A stretch of 64,000 bases of DNA, from assembly GCA_000004985.1 (NCBI GenBank), contig GG738867.1; one strand, written 5' to 3'. The position numbers and the translations under genes are program-made. Below, in pieces: positions 11,469 through 23,981 of this stretch. This DNA comes from Naegleria gruberi. Taxonomy: Eukaryota. The notes under the pieces were generated by a model. The model did no database searches, was not told the DNA's origin, and saw only the letters and a list, made by a program, of their open reading frames with translations. The first letter of the stretch is position 1; the number at the start of each line of letters is the position of its first letter.

Positions 11469-14400
11469 TTACTTGAAATATTTAAGAGATAGCAACTGGG
11501 ATGCTGATGGCCTTTGATTTGCATCTTTTTCTAACATTTTCAAAACTATCTCTATCAATTCCTCAGAATATTCACTCTGACTAGATTCCTTCATTTGATT
11601 GGTCAATATTTTTGTTGCATTCTCTGATTGATTTCCCATTAGCATGTTACTAATCGAAGTTGCTTGATCATTGGTCATGATTTGATATATTGAAACACCC
11701 AAAGAGAAAATATCTGTATTGAATGAATACGAACTACCAAGTGCAACTTCAGGACTCATAACTATTAATCGGTTAAATTTGTGAATAAAAACAACTACTT
11801 ACAAAGTGGAGTTCCAACATAGGATTGACCAGTCATTTCTTGATACTTTTTAGCCAATCCAAAGTCTGCTAATACAATGTCAATATTCTCACTTGATAAT
11901 TTCTTGATAAAAATGTTAGTTGGCTTAATATCTCTGTGGATAATGTGCATTTCTTCGTGAACGAATCTCAAAGCTGTCAGCATTTGCTTCAAAATTTGTT
12001 TGATAATCTTTTCACTGCAAATTTCTTGTTTCAATTTTGTTAAATCTCCTGATTCATAATAATCTGTGTCAATAATCAATAAATTATCATTGGTAATGAA
12101 ATAGTCATTAACTTTGATAATATTTGGATGATTAATATTACTCAATTGAGATGCCTCTTTCATAATTGTATTCAAATCTGTAAGGTTTTCAAATTTAACA
12201 ATCTTGATCGCCTTCAACTTGTTTGTCTTTGAATCTGTCACTTTGTAAACACTTCCAAACGCTCCTTGTCCAATTCTTATAATATTTGAATATCTGGAAA
12301 ATGGATTTGCAATATTTGATCCAACAGAAGAGTTAGCAGATGAGGAAATAATCATTGAGCTCATAGAAAGGAAATTTGTATCAGAAAGTTCAACATTTCT
12401 TGCTTCTAATTGAGCTATTTCAACATCTTTCTTCTTTTTCTTTGAGAAACACATAATAATTACAATGACCACTATGAAAATAGCAATTAAAATCAGCAAG
12501 ACTGCAACTATAGGTATCACAATAGCTACTGCCAATACTGTAGAATCAATTGATTGTTGACTTTTCTGAATTTCACAAAATTGTCCTTCAAATCCATTAT
12601 TACATTGACAAGTGTCAAAATCAGAACATTGTCCATTTCCATTGCAAACATTTTCACTAGTTGCCACTGTTCCATTGCAACTCAATTTGGCATCACATGT
12701 ATTATTCCAAGAATTATAAGTAAAATTCTCTCCACAATAGGGAATAACCTTGCGAATATAAGCTCTACCATCAATAAGAAAGATTTCACCTGTACTTTCA
12801 TCATATTCGACTTGTTTTGAGAAGAGTGTAAACATTGAATAAATTCCAAATCCATCTCCATTAAATTTTGCTGATTCAGCTCTGGAACCAGCAATATCCA
12901 CCAACAAACCACTTTGTTTCTGATACATTCGAACAAGATACGTACTAGAACCATCCAAAATAATGATATCCCCATTCCTTTTCACATAGATAGCAGATGG
13001 TTTATCAATAGATGATGACAATGCAGGTAATCTATCCCCTGAATATCCAGTAACAAAGTTTCCAACCAAAGTTCTCAAATAATAAGTGCCTTCTGATAAT
13101 TTTTCAATTCTTCTAATGGCATTATCTGTTAAAATATAAATAAATCCATTATTATGGTGAATATTGCCAATTGCACCAGGATTTGTTTGATTGCTAATTA
13201 TTCCATCATTGATGGAAATATCCAACATGTTAGAGAATGCAAATTCGAGTGAAATAATTTGAGTTTTCATGTTGTATCTATAAATGGAGAAGAATAAGGA
13301 AATGAGCAGATCGCCATTTGTATCATCTATTGTCATTCCAGAGATTATTAATGGACAAGGAGAATCTATACCCTTAACACCAGTCTTGAATTGAGCACCA
13401 AAAGAATTTCCAATAATTCTTTCAAAATTCATAGTTTCTGGATCTATTCGAACAATTCTACATTCGTCCTTAATGTATATCTTTCTATCAAACTTTGAGA
13501 ATGTAGCATATGCCCTTACCATATTCGGCACTATATTCAATGTTAAATAGGGTGTATCCACTGGAGTAGATGTGGATAAATACATGGACGTACTGAGAGA
13601 GGAGGACTTTCCAGTTGTTTCATCATATTTCTTCAATGTCCTAGTATCAATATAGTAGCATACCTTCTTCACAGGATCTCTCATTAGAATGAGTGGATTT
13701 ATTGTTCTAGAGACTGGGTTTAGTCCAGCAATTGTGGAAATTCGCCCACTAGAAATTTCACTAAGGTGAAACATATTTTTCACAAGAATACTTGAATTGT
13801 ATCTGGTAGCAATTGGGGTATTCCTATTAAGGGGTTGAAATTAGTAGTCAATTGACCAATATTGAGAATGGTATTATTACTTACAGAGCTGAGTTTTCGA
13901 ATGGAATATTCTCACCATTATATCCAAGAACATGTTGTGGTGAAAATAATCCAATCCACCAATTTTCTGCAAAGTAAGTGTTTCCAATTGAAAATTATAA
14001 AGTTGACCAACTGTCCAAAAAAATAAATTTCTGTCATTTCTTGAAAATCCTTCAAAGGTCAAAATACTTGGCATTTTCCAATTAAAAACTTTCATTGAAA
14101 CAGTTTCATTCTGAAAGTCAACATATTCATACAGCATATTCTCTACATCTGAATATAAAAATAGAGAATTTGAATTGGGATATCTTAAATTGGGAATAAC
14201 ATTAAATTGTCCAACCGCTCCTGGCACCAAATTAATTTGTAATTTTTTCACAATTCCACCTTTTTGTAAAACTAGAATTGAATTTTGAAAATCTCTGAAG
14301 TAAATTGTAGAATTTTCAAAGGAATCACCAACTGCAGCCAATCCCTGACTTATTGGATAATTCTTAGAGTTTAGAATGAATGTCAAATTTTGAGTTTCCA

Positions 14401-15249
14401 AATTGAAATTGTAAAGTGAAAAATCTTGACCAAAATTGTAAAGTAAAACATCACCATTTCCAATATAAAACAAATTGGTAATTTCAAAGAAAGTTCGTTG
14501 TGGAATGTTGGCACTGTACTTGGGTGCAGTTTCTTGTTGACAGCCCAATACTGTTTTCAACTTTCCATTCGAAACCTTTCGTAAGTAATATTGACTTTCA
14601 ACAAAGTACAACTCATTCTTATAGTAGAATGGGAAAGTAAGAGATGCTGCTGAATACATTTGGAGAGGAGAAATATTTTCACCTTTTGAGTGAATAATTA
14701 TGCCACCTGATAATGTGGAAACCATTTTGGTTTGCAGATCAATCTTTCGAATACATCTATTCGATTTATCTGCCACTATTATTGTATTTTGGGTGACAAT
14801 TAAAGAAGATGGTTCATAAAATTTGATATTGGGAGAATCGTATAATTGATTATCACCACCATATCCTTCTGACCCTCCAATAAGTATTTTGGTTTCGTCT
14901 GAATTCAGCAATTTCATTGTACGAAATTATTACTTTGAGATGAAGTGTAAATTTCACCTCCACTAGAAACATAGACACCATATCTTTCGAATAGTTATCA
15001 ATTGAATCAATCAATTATTCACTTACAAATTAGATTGAGCCACTCCTCCATCCACAATTCTATACTTTCCATTTTCGTCAATTGACTTGACTCTTTCTGC
15101 ATCTGTGAAATAGACAATATCCTTATTACATATCCAGCATAAACTTCCACCACCGACAAGTTGTTAAAAATCCTAAACACCAAATGTCTTTCAGCATTTG
15201 CAACAAAGACATCTCCATCCAACCAACACATTCCAGTCGGGGACAACAT
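11469..15249 (-). CDS. Multi-exon receptor-like Ser/Thr protein kinase with an NHL-type beta-propeller ectodomain, an EGF-like Cys cluster, one TM helix and a cytoplasmic kinase domain
   Basis: Exon 1 is 15249..15130 (true ATG; donor GTAATA). Large exons cover about 14917..13877 and 13783..11803 (NHL-like repeats; CNGNGQCSDFDTCQCNNGFEGQFCE; TM VLAVAIVIPIVAVLLILIAIFIVVIVIIM; kinase motifs GQGAFGSVYKV, HRDIKPTN, DFGLAK). Last exon is 11761..11469 after a 41-nt intron (GTAAGT at 11802..11797, AG at 11763..11762). Some middle junctions were not resolved. Confidence 0.6.
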
Positions 15250-15405
15250 GTACGCATACTTTGCCTCAACTAGTTCAAAATTAGTGTTGAAGCACTTTCC
15301 TGACCAATCCTTTGAACAAATGTATTGTAAATTTTTTAATTCAATATATATATGGATATATTAACATGGTGGGAAAAGTAGTTTTCTGGAATTTATTTCA
15401 ATAAT

Positions 15406-16413
15406 TTAAAAATCTTCATCAGTTGAAGGAGACAAATACAAATTTTGTAATTCTTCTAATTCCCTTTCGTTGATAGACAATTTATATGAAGAAGGTGAAT
15501 TTGAATTTGTTTGAAATGTGATTCTTGGATTCTGTTGAAGAAATAAAGAAGTTGGAATTGTAGAGATAAAGGAAGAGAACTTGATAACATGTAGCATTGT
15601 ACTGACCATTTCCAATTTGAAAGTTTGAGGGAGAACATTGAAAGATAAGTAAATACTATTTGAACAACTCAATTGACTAATCAAATTGAAGAATTGTTGC
15701 TGAGTCATTTTGGAATCAAGTTTTAAAAACAAACATCTGATGAGTTTTTCTGCCTGCTCGTTAGTTGTGTACTTTTCACTCAATGAAGAATCGATCAAGG
15801 AAATTATTCTTTCTGGATTTGTGGCAGTTGTTTGATTTTCAATGAATTTTGAAAGCCATAATTGATGCAGAGGAATTGCCCTTTCTTGATCAGTGATTAG
15901 CTTATCTATACAAATCAAAACTAATTGGGCAATGTAATTATCCATGTGGTTTTCTGGATTTTTCTCCCCGAACTTTCTTAATGTGTGAATTGCAACTGGA
16001 AATGAATTCTGACATTGTAAAGTCCACAATTGTTTCAAATGTTCAAAGTGAGATTTCATTCCAAGCTTGGAATACATATCGTACATTGATGAAAATTCAT
16101 CGGTTTCAATTGTAATGGAGGTGTAAATGGATTTGATAGCTTTTTCACAATGCATGGCTTCAAATTCGGTTGAGCAAATTAGTTTTAGGATGTGTTGATT
16201 ATCTTGTTGTTCAAAAAGACCTCTCAGAACTTCACTTGAATTTGCAATGAAACATCTGTGAGCTTTGATTTCCATAAAACATTCATTCTTGGTATTGATT
16301 AGCTTGTTTACAATAATCTTGATTTGCAAATCGGGAAATGAATTTGGATTATCATACATACAACCTCCTTTGATAGGAAGAGTGAAGAATACTGTATTGT
16401 TATTCTTTTTCAT
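15406..16413 (-). CDS. BTB/POZ-domain protein
   Basis: True ATG at 16413. N-terminal DLQIKIIVNKLINTKNECFMEIKAHRCFIANSSEVLRGLFE...ILKL resembles a BTB fold. Confidence 0.55.
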   Translation of the reverse strand: MKKNNNTVFFTLPIKGGCMYDNPNSFPDLQIKIIVNKLINTKNECFMEIKAHRCFIANSSEVLRGLFEQQDNQHILKLICSTEFEAMHCEKAIKSIYTSITIETDEFSSMYDMYSKLGMKSHFEHLKQLWTLQCQNSFPVAIHTLRKFGEKNPENHMDNYIAQLVLICIDKLITDQERAIPLHQLWLSKFIENQTTATNPERIISLIDSSLSEKYTTNEQAEKLIRCLFLKLDSKMTQQQFFNLISQLSCSNSIYLSFNVLPQTFKLEMVSTMLHVIKFSSFISTIPTSLFLQQNPRITFQTNSNSPSSYKLSINERELEELQNLYLSPSTDEDF

Positions 16414-16662
16414 GATTAGTGGGTTGAATCTGTTGATACTTTAGTGTTCTAATTAAAGAGAGGTTTGGAAATTCTTTTATGTGGAATTCAGTTTCCCGCC
16501 AAATTTTTCCTTGTTTCAAATTGTTCACTGAAAAGTAATTTAAATATTTATAAACTTTCCCTTCTGAAGGGTATACAAATTCGAAAATCCCCTTTCGAAT
16601 AATAAGGTTACAGGCATATTATCTGTACTGGCCATGTTATATATTAGTTAGTTAATAAGAAG

Positions 16663-19600
16663 TTATTGTTGTGGACATTGTGGTCCTTTGTTCTGATTCA
16701 TTAAGGCAGCGTTCATCATGAGCATTCTTTGTAGTTCTTCTTGATCTGGATGGAATTCATCAGAGTCATAATCGTCAAAGTCATCATCATCATCATCATA
16801 ATAATCACCACCTCTATAATCATCCTCATCATCCTCCTCATCATCATCATCATCGTCATGTACTGTTGTAGGTAATTGTTGAGAATAGATAGAACGTTGT
16901 TGATATGTTCCCTCACGTCTGGCAGGTTGGTGTCGAATGCTTCTAACAAAACTTTCATCGTCACCAACAACTTCCTCTTCCTTATCACTTTCTTCCTCTC
17001 CAAATAGGACAGCTTGGTGGTCCACTTGTGCGATTTGTTTGATTCTTGGAATAACTCTATTATTATCTTTAAATCTCTCCATTTGTGAACCAAATTTTCT
17101 AGTATTCTTAACTTTGTCTTTTGTAACAACATACATATTCCTAAAGTCAATAACTCTTCCTTCCTTATCATCAGGTAATGGAAATTCTGCATCTTTAGTA
17201 TCTCTTGTCTTTAAGAAAGCACGATATTTCTTTTCAAATAGTTTTGACATCTCTTTTGAATAAGTGGTTTGTCCTTCTCTCCAAATATACGTATTCTTTG
17301 ATTTTTTAAGTCTGGTTCCAGAAATGTATGCATCTTGGAAGAAATTTCTAGTGTGAGGGAAAAAGCTTCCTACGTTTTGAGTACCAGGACTGGCTGTAAT
17401 AAATTTCAGTTTGTTAGATTGTTGTTTGACCTTTTTCTTATTTCCAGATGATTTTGAATCTGGATCCACTATGACCTTAATATCGTTAAGGGCTGTTTTT
17501 ATAAAAGGAGGGTTACTACTATAGTGTCTTATGCCATATAACTTGTTTGAAATCTTTCTACAGACATCTCTCGGAGTACTATAGTCAGCTAATCCGGCTG
17601 TGAAATCCACATAAGGGGCAGAAGGACGAATAAGTTTTCTTTGGGTTTGTTCTAAAGTATTACCTCCTCCAACAGACCACCACATTGAATTCTTTCTAGT
17701 ACAATTTTTAATTCCATTTCTAATTAGTAATATTCTTGCTAGACCAGTGACTTGCTGAATATTCAATTTCTTTTTTCTACCAGTAACGCCCCACCAATCA
17801 CTGTTTTGTTTCAATGAATCAGAATCTGTCAAAAGTTTGTTACATATTTTCTTTTCTGAAAAACCAGGAACACCAATTCTAAAGCCTCTCAATCTTTAAG
17901 AAAATTAATCCTCATTCTAATAAATAAATACTTACGCATATTTTACAAGTCTAGTCTCGAATCTAATTAAGGTATTGATTAGATATCATGAAAAACAAAC
18001 TTACGTTGTAGATTGACGATCTGGATCAACAATATTACACCTTGTAGAGAATGCTTTAATGGCCCTTGGTAAAGCATAAACTTGATGTCCATCATATGCA
18101 ACACAACAACTTGCAACATCAAATCCCATTAGTATTTCTGACATACTCTTGTAAATTCTTAAAATAATTTGTACTTTTCTAAAATTAGGATGGAAAGTAA
18201 AAGTGATTGCATTATCTGTTCTTATGATTGCAATGTCATTTAGCTCAGTCTTTCTGTTGTATGTTTTTTTCAAAAAACTAGAATCTGGAATACTGCTGAC
18301 TTGTTTTTTTAAGTGTTCATAAATGTAAATTATCTTATCTATTGCCCTTTTTTCGTCAATATCATAAAGGAAGATGTCAATATCACTCTTAACAAAATTT
18401 TTCTTGTAGTAAGAATATAAATTTTTTTCTGGACTATCTTCTTCCTTCTTCCTGGACTCCTTAAATGCTACGAGTTTGGAAAATTCTTCGTCTCCAGAAG
18501 ATGTAAAGTAATCACTATTTTCAAGAGTTTCTACTTCATCATTGGATTCATCATCTTCAGTCCAATATGGCTTATCATTTGGATCACTGTATGTATTTTC
18601 CTCAATTTCAAAGTTTTTCTTCTCGGCTTGAGGTTTCTCTTGTTGATCAGCAAGTAATAAGCAGTTTAACACTGAACCTCCAGCGCATGCAATATTTGAC
18701 CAATCGAGGTCTTTCAATAAAAAACATGAAAAAGCATCGAATTGATTTTGGAAAGTTTCTTTTGAATTGCAAATAACTGGGATTGGTGGTTTTTTGATTT
18801 GTTCACGTTTACACAATTCTGCAGCCTCTTTTTCATTTTCAAAGTCGAAAAGAGGGTAAATAGAGGATGGTAGCTCTGTTTTCTTGCACAAATCGGAAGA
18901 TTCATCATTAAATAATTCTATCAAGTGTAGTTTTGGATCTTGTAAAATTGGATTATTTCTTTCTAATAAAGAGTTATACATATCTCTCAAAAAGTCTTCA
19001 TTTTTCTTAATGTTGAGATTAGTTTCACCTAGCAATTCGAAAGGAAACCTAAGTGGATCGAGATGTTCAAGCAAAAATTTAACATTCAATTCTTTTGCCA
19101 AGTTATAAAGTTGCTTTCTTGGTGCTACTTCTTTTGGAATATTAGCTGTAAAGTCATCAGAATTATAACACTCAACTAGTACTCTAAAGGTAGATGGGTC
19201 TCTATCAATGAATATCTCCTCATCGTTTCTTTTTTCTTTACAAAGAGTGGTTAATAAACTGTCACGATTAATAAGTTTTTCAAAACCAATTTCAAATAGT
19301 ACCCCTCTTACATTGAATTTTTTGAGTGGTTTTTCAACTTTCTCATCTAATTCCTTCAATTTATCTCTTAATTTGACTAGCTCAGTGTCTTTATCAGCAA
19401 CATATTTATCAAAAAGCTCCTTCTCTTCTTGTGTCAAATAGACAATATCTCTTGTTAGCAATTTAGATTCTTCTTCATCATGTTTTCTATTCTCATCTGA
19501 TTCATTCTTCTCTTGATTGGAATTTGATAATATTTTTCTATCCTTCTTGATTTTGAGTGCAATAATATTACTCAACTTTTGAGTTCCAAAAAAGTCCGAT

Positions 19601-20271
19601 TCTTCTAAAAGGTTTCGTAATTCTATCAAACTTTCTTCAGATGGGTATTCTTCAGGAATGCCGATATATTTTGTTGATCCTGATGAGAGAGTTAAATAAG
19701 GGTTCATAACAATTAACTTACCTGTTCTAATATGTTCTAAAATTATTGGGAAATAATGTGGGTTTCTATCAGCAATTACAATACATCCATTCTCATCTTT
19801 ATCAATTGGGAATTCAGAGTTGATCATAACTTTCAACATGTTTTCTCTTTGGTTCAGTGTTTTCTTGGTTGTTGTGTAAATACCTCCACCAATATTCAAC
19901 TTGATAATATTCTCAGCAGATGTATCATTCGTTGCACGTAATTCACTCAAAGTTGCAGTATCCGATTTGCTATACAAAGGAATACCAACAATACCTTCCT
20001 TGTTGAATTTATCTACCAAGCCTAAAATTTTAATTCGTTGCTCAAGTGAAGCCTTCTCCTTCTTCATACACATCAGAGGAGTGAAGGAAACTTGTTCAGT
20101 TCTTGGCTGATCACTCTTCAGAAGTGGAGTTGTTGGCGATTCTGTTGCCGATGATGAAGAACTCTCACTTGCCGGTGCTGAATTGGATGGCTTTGTGGAG
20201 GTTCGTTTGGCCAAATAAATCTTTCGTTGTGGGGGCATTTTTTTTATTACTGTCGGTTTTGCAGCCTTCAT
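16663..20271 (-). CDS. Two-exon gene for a protein with two BTB/T1 (KCTD-type tetramerisation) domains, a large C-terminal region of unknown function and an acidic poly-D/E tail. Exons are 20271..18005 and 17893..16663; the intron is 111 nt.
   Basis: The ORF-track starts at 20349 and 17892 are TTG. The first ATG is at 20271. Donor AC|GTAAGT overlaps the apparent stop of the upstream ORF. Acceptor CTTAAAG|A joins in phase (2+1) to the downstream ORF. T1/BTB motifs: IIKLNIGGGIYTTTKKTL...HYFPIILEHIRTGKL and VRGVLFEIGFEKLINRDSLLTTL...FIDRDPSTFRVLVECYN. Confidence 0.55.
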
Positions 20272-20365
20272 TCCAATCAAGGCTCGAACAAAAAAACCAA
20301 GCCTTTGATTCACACTACAAATAATTACAAATAATGAATACAACAACAAGAATATTGGTTTTTAA

Positions 20366-22912
20366 TTAAGCAATGGTACATTTCTTTTTCTTTCTGACAA
20401 TTCTTTCTTTTGGAGGATACATTTGTCGAAAATTACTCAATGAAGAAATGATTTTTGCACCACCCAACACATCAAAAGATCCACCTGATAATCCCTTCTT
20501 TACATCCCATACTACATGTTGAACTGTACAATGAATATTTTCTTGATAGGTGAAAGAGGCATGTGGGAATTTTGTTGTAAGAATTTCAATGATTGTTGGT
20601 TTCATATTTTCTAAATGAGCTAATTCTCCCACAATTATAAAATTGCTAGAGACTTCCACCTTCTTATTCCTCTCACGAATAATAGTTTCGTATTGTGAAA
20701 TTGAATTGAGTAGTGTGCTCAATATATTTGAACCTATATGAATTCTCTTCTGTTTTCCTACATATTTAGGTGTCCAAGTTTGTGAAATATTTACTGGTTC
20801 AATGTTTAACTCTGATTCATTGGTATCAATAGTTGGAGGAATATATGCACTCTTAAGAACATCCAAACTCTTTTCATTGCATTTAGATTCTTCATAAACA
20901 ATGTATTCTCTAACAGTTTCGTGTTCAATCACAGGAATTAAATAAACTCCACTTCTGTTGACTTTCAAAACAGTACAGGTTGGTTTTTGATAGTAAATGG
21001 TTCTAAGTTTTTCCTCATCCACATAAATTACATCAATTTCCAACTCGTCCTAATTAATGATATGTTATTTGTTGATAAATAGTGACAGAAAATACTTACG
21101 AGAATGTTGCTTACTTTTGAAATAATGGAATCTGTCCAAGATAGTGGAACTGCTAACAGCAACGGTGTGAAAAAGCTCTTTTTCAAATCGTCTTGATAAA
21201 GTTGAATAATTAGTTCTTTAAAATAGTCATAATCCAAGATATTCGAATTGCAATCAAGAATAAGATTTTCTTTGGAACAATCACGCTGGAAGACTTGATA
21301 TCTATCACCACACACGAGACTTTTAAATCCATAGGCCAGAACATTAAAGTGGGAACCAACTTTTTCTGCACACAAAGCTGGAGAAGAATAAAATAAAGCC
21401 AAAGATGAAAGTCCAAATCTGTAAAATCCATCAATAAAGTCCAATAAGATGACATCTGAGAATCTATTCTGATATGATCTCGATATAAAAGCATGATACC
21501 AATCGCCTATTGTCTGTTGATATTGATAAGTTGCTTGATTTTCAATTGAAGTAATAACTCCTTCCTCTATTTCTTCTTCGAAGTCTAGATTTTTAATTCC
21601 AATTTCTCGACCAAGTGGAACTATAGGATTGATTGGCCATTTTTGAGAGTATCTTTCTTTCCAAATGTATGAGTGTCTTGTAATGGCATTCAGTTCTCTA
21701 TTAAGCTTGAGAAATGTTTGAGAAATTTCTTCTGCTTTCATAAATGAAAATATGGCATAGAAAGCATCTTCTGAAATTGCATAAATTGTAATTGGTGAAT
21801 CTTCTTTACGAGCCGATTGTTCAATTCGAATGCTTTTTGATTCGTTTGTGTGTAAATCCTGAGCTTGAATAAATTTTTCAGTTGCTAATTTAACATTTCC
21901 TTCCTTCTCTAATTGTTCACTTTCTTCCAATAATTGTAAAACTTTTTGGTATTGACTATTTTCAATGTAATTTTGCTTGTAGACACTCTCAGAATCTATT
22001 CTCTTAAAAATCATTTCAGTTCTCACAACATATTTGAAACCTTCCTTTACATAATCTCCTGAGTGGTAAATATCATGATTAAATATTGCTATGGACCCAG
22101 CTTTTGGTTGAACTGTTAAGAGTTTCTTGAATTTCATTTTTGAAAGGTCTTCATTTGTTTCGTCTGGAATCTTTTTCCAAAAGGTAGTTCCGTAAGGAGA
22201 ATCATCTAAATAAATAAGAATGGTGAATATACTTCTCTCATTGTCATTTCTGACAAAGTGAGAATCCATGTGAGGTTTAAAGAAATTTCCTTCCTTATAT
22301 CTGTTAAATCTCAAACATTCGGATAATTCTATTGGAACCCATTTTCCATTGTTATCAAATCCATATGGCTTCACATTTGTAATATCTTCCTTCTTCATCA
22401 TTGGTCTATTTTCAAAATAATAACATTCAAAAACCACGAGACTGTAAAACCTACACTATCCTATTCCATAATATTTCAGCAACTTTCTTACTAGTTACCA
22501 CTACTCTCTCACTATTTCTATACTCTTTTGAATATTCTCTATCAATCGAATGATACCCCAATTCATCAGTCACATCGATCAAATCTTGACATTCCTCCGG
22601 AGAAAGAACTTGTTCCAACACGAACAAACAATCAAGACAAGTAAATTCTTGTTTCTCATTGCCATGATCATTTGATTGCTGATTATCAAATATTTCATCA
22701 TTATTTAATAAATCAATTTCATAAATATTCGGATCTATGTGAATTTTCTTGTGTGGAATTAAATAGTCAACCCGAGTTGGGGAAGTTTGATCTTTTTGAT
22801 GGGAAACAATGATTGGAACTCTGCGTTGTTGTTGATTTGAAGTAGTTGATAATTCTTCAGTTTCGTCCCAAATATTTGCTTGTAGATGTATGTGTGGTGG
22901 AACTCGATTCAT
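20366..22912 (-). CDS. Fusion protein: an N-terminal prolyl-4-hydroxylase-like 2OG-Fe(II) oxygenase domain, a central F-box-like motif and a C-terminal actin-related (Arp-like) ATPase domain. There is a 50-nt intron (21099..21050) and an apparent 1-nt frameshift near 22440-22452.
   Basis: First ATG at 22912. P4H motifs: LSPEECQDLI, HMDSH (HxD), IFNHDIYHSGDYV (distal His). F-box-like: PITIYAISEDAFYAIFSFMKAEEISQTFLKLNRELNAITRHSYIW. Actin-like: ILLDFIDGFYRFG, PLLLAVPLSW, GGSFDVLGGAKIISSLSNFRQMY (compare actin SVWIGGSILASLSTFQQMW). Intron CTC|GTAAGT...TTAATTAG|GAC is phase 0. The two N-terminal ORFs abut with a +1 shift and no room for an intron. Confidence 0.55.
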
Positions 22913-23547
22913 TTTTTTAATGCAATTGTCTTTAAAAAAATACAACAACTGTTTGAGGGAAACAGTTAGCGTCTTTGGCTAGAGGCCAGGTGCTAGCAGC
23001 ACAGAGGTTGATCAACTACCAAAACTTGAGCATCGGGTTTAGAAGTCAGAGCAAATCGCGTACTCATATTAGCATGGAGGGTAATATAGTACAACTACCT
23101 TACGGTTCAAAGGTTTAAAGTAGATTTGGGTTGATCAACATGGGCAAAAATAAAATAGCTAAGGTAATAGGAGAAGTGGAGAGTAATGATTTAATTATGA
23201 AAAGAATTTGAATGTATTGTAAAACGAAAACACATTGGTTCGTTGATATTGGTGAAGAATTAATTATTAGCATAAGACAGAATGTTCCATCCATTCCGCT
23301 CGGTGTCGTTGAGCAGGCACATAGAAGACTTCCTGGTTAACTCTTATAACATCTTTATTAAGTGTATTCCTATTTATGGATAATCAAAAGGTTTAGTTTC
23401 GTTCCAAATCAAGCTTGAAGGCTAGGCGATAACTCCAATGTCTCTACAAAAGTCCCCTTCATTTTAAATAATGATGTATCTGTGAAAGAAGCGCTGCTTC
23501 CTGCGAACTGTTTACAATTGGAGATCATTGACTTCACGTCTTTGAAG

Positions 23548-23592
23548 CAGGAATCTGAATAGATTCGTATTGTAAACGTAATAAAACATTAC
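23548..23592 (+). repeat. Solo 3'-terminal fragment of the same non-LTR retrotransposon family as the element at 37072..41386
   Basis: aatctgaatagattcgtattgtaaacgtaataaaaca matches the LINE 3' end at 41351-41386 (aatctgaatagattcgttattgtcgtaataaaaga) with a few indels. Confidence 0.4.
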
Positions 23593-23981
23593 CAGATTTT
23601 TTTAATGCAATTACAGAGATTGTAAATCCAAATTCGATGAATTGTTATTGCATGTTTTAATTATCTCAAATAATCTGAAAGGAAGAGTGTTTGATTTGGA
23701 AATTTAATACATTCGATTCTACGTCGACTCTAAATCCATTTGGTTGATATTTGAATAAAAAGAACAAAAATTTGTTTTCGGAAAGAGAAGTTGAAGTGTC
23801 TTGTGTATCTATTCCATCTTGTTCAGGCAGTCTTTTCACTTCCAAACTCAACCTTTACAGCCCAAATGAAAGTGTTCTTTTTTCATTTACTTGACGAAAA
23901 GGTGATGGCTCTGACATGTAGTGAACAACTGTCTACTTCAAGTGTCGCCTCGTTTAACAAACTTCAAAAACAAATCATTCA

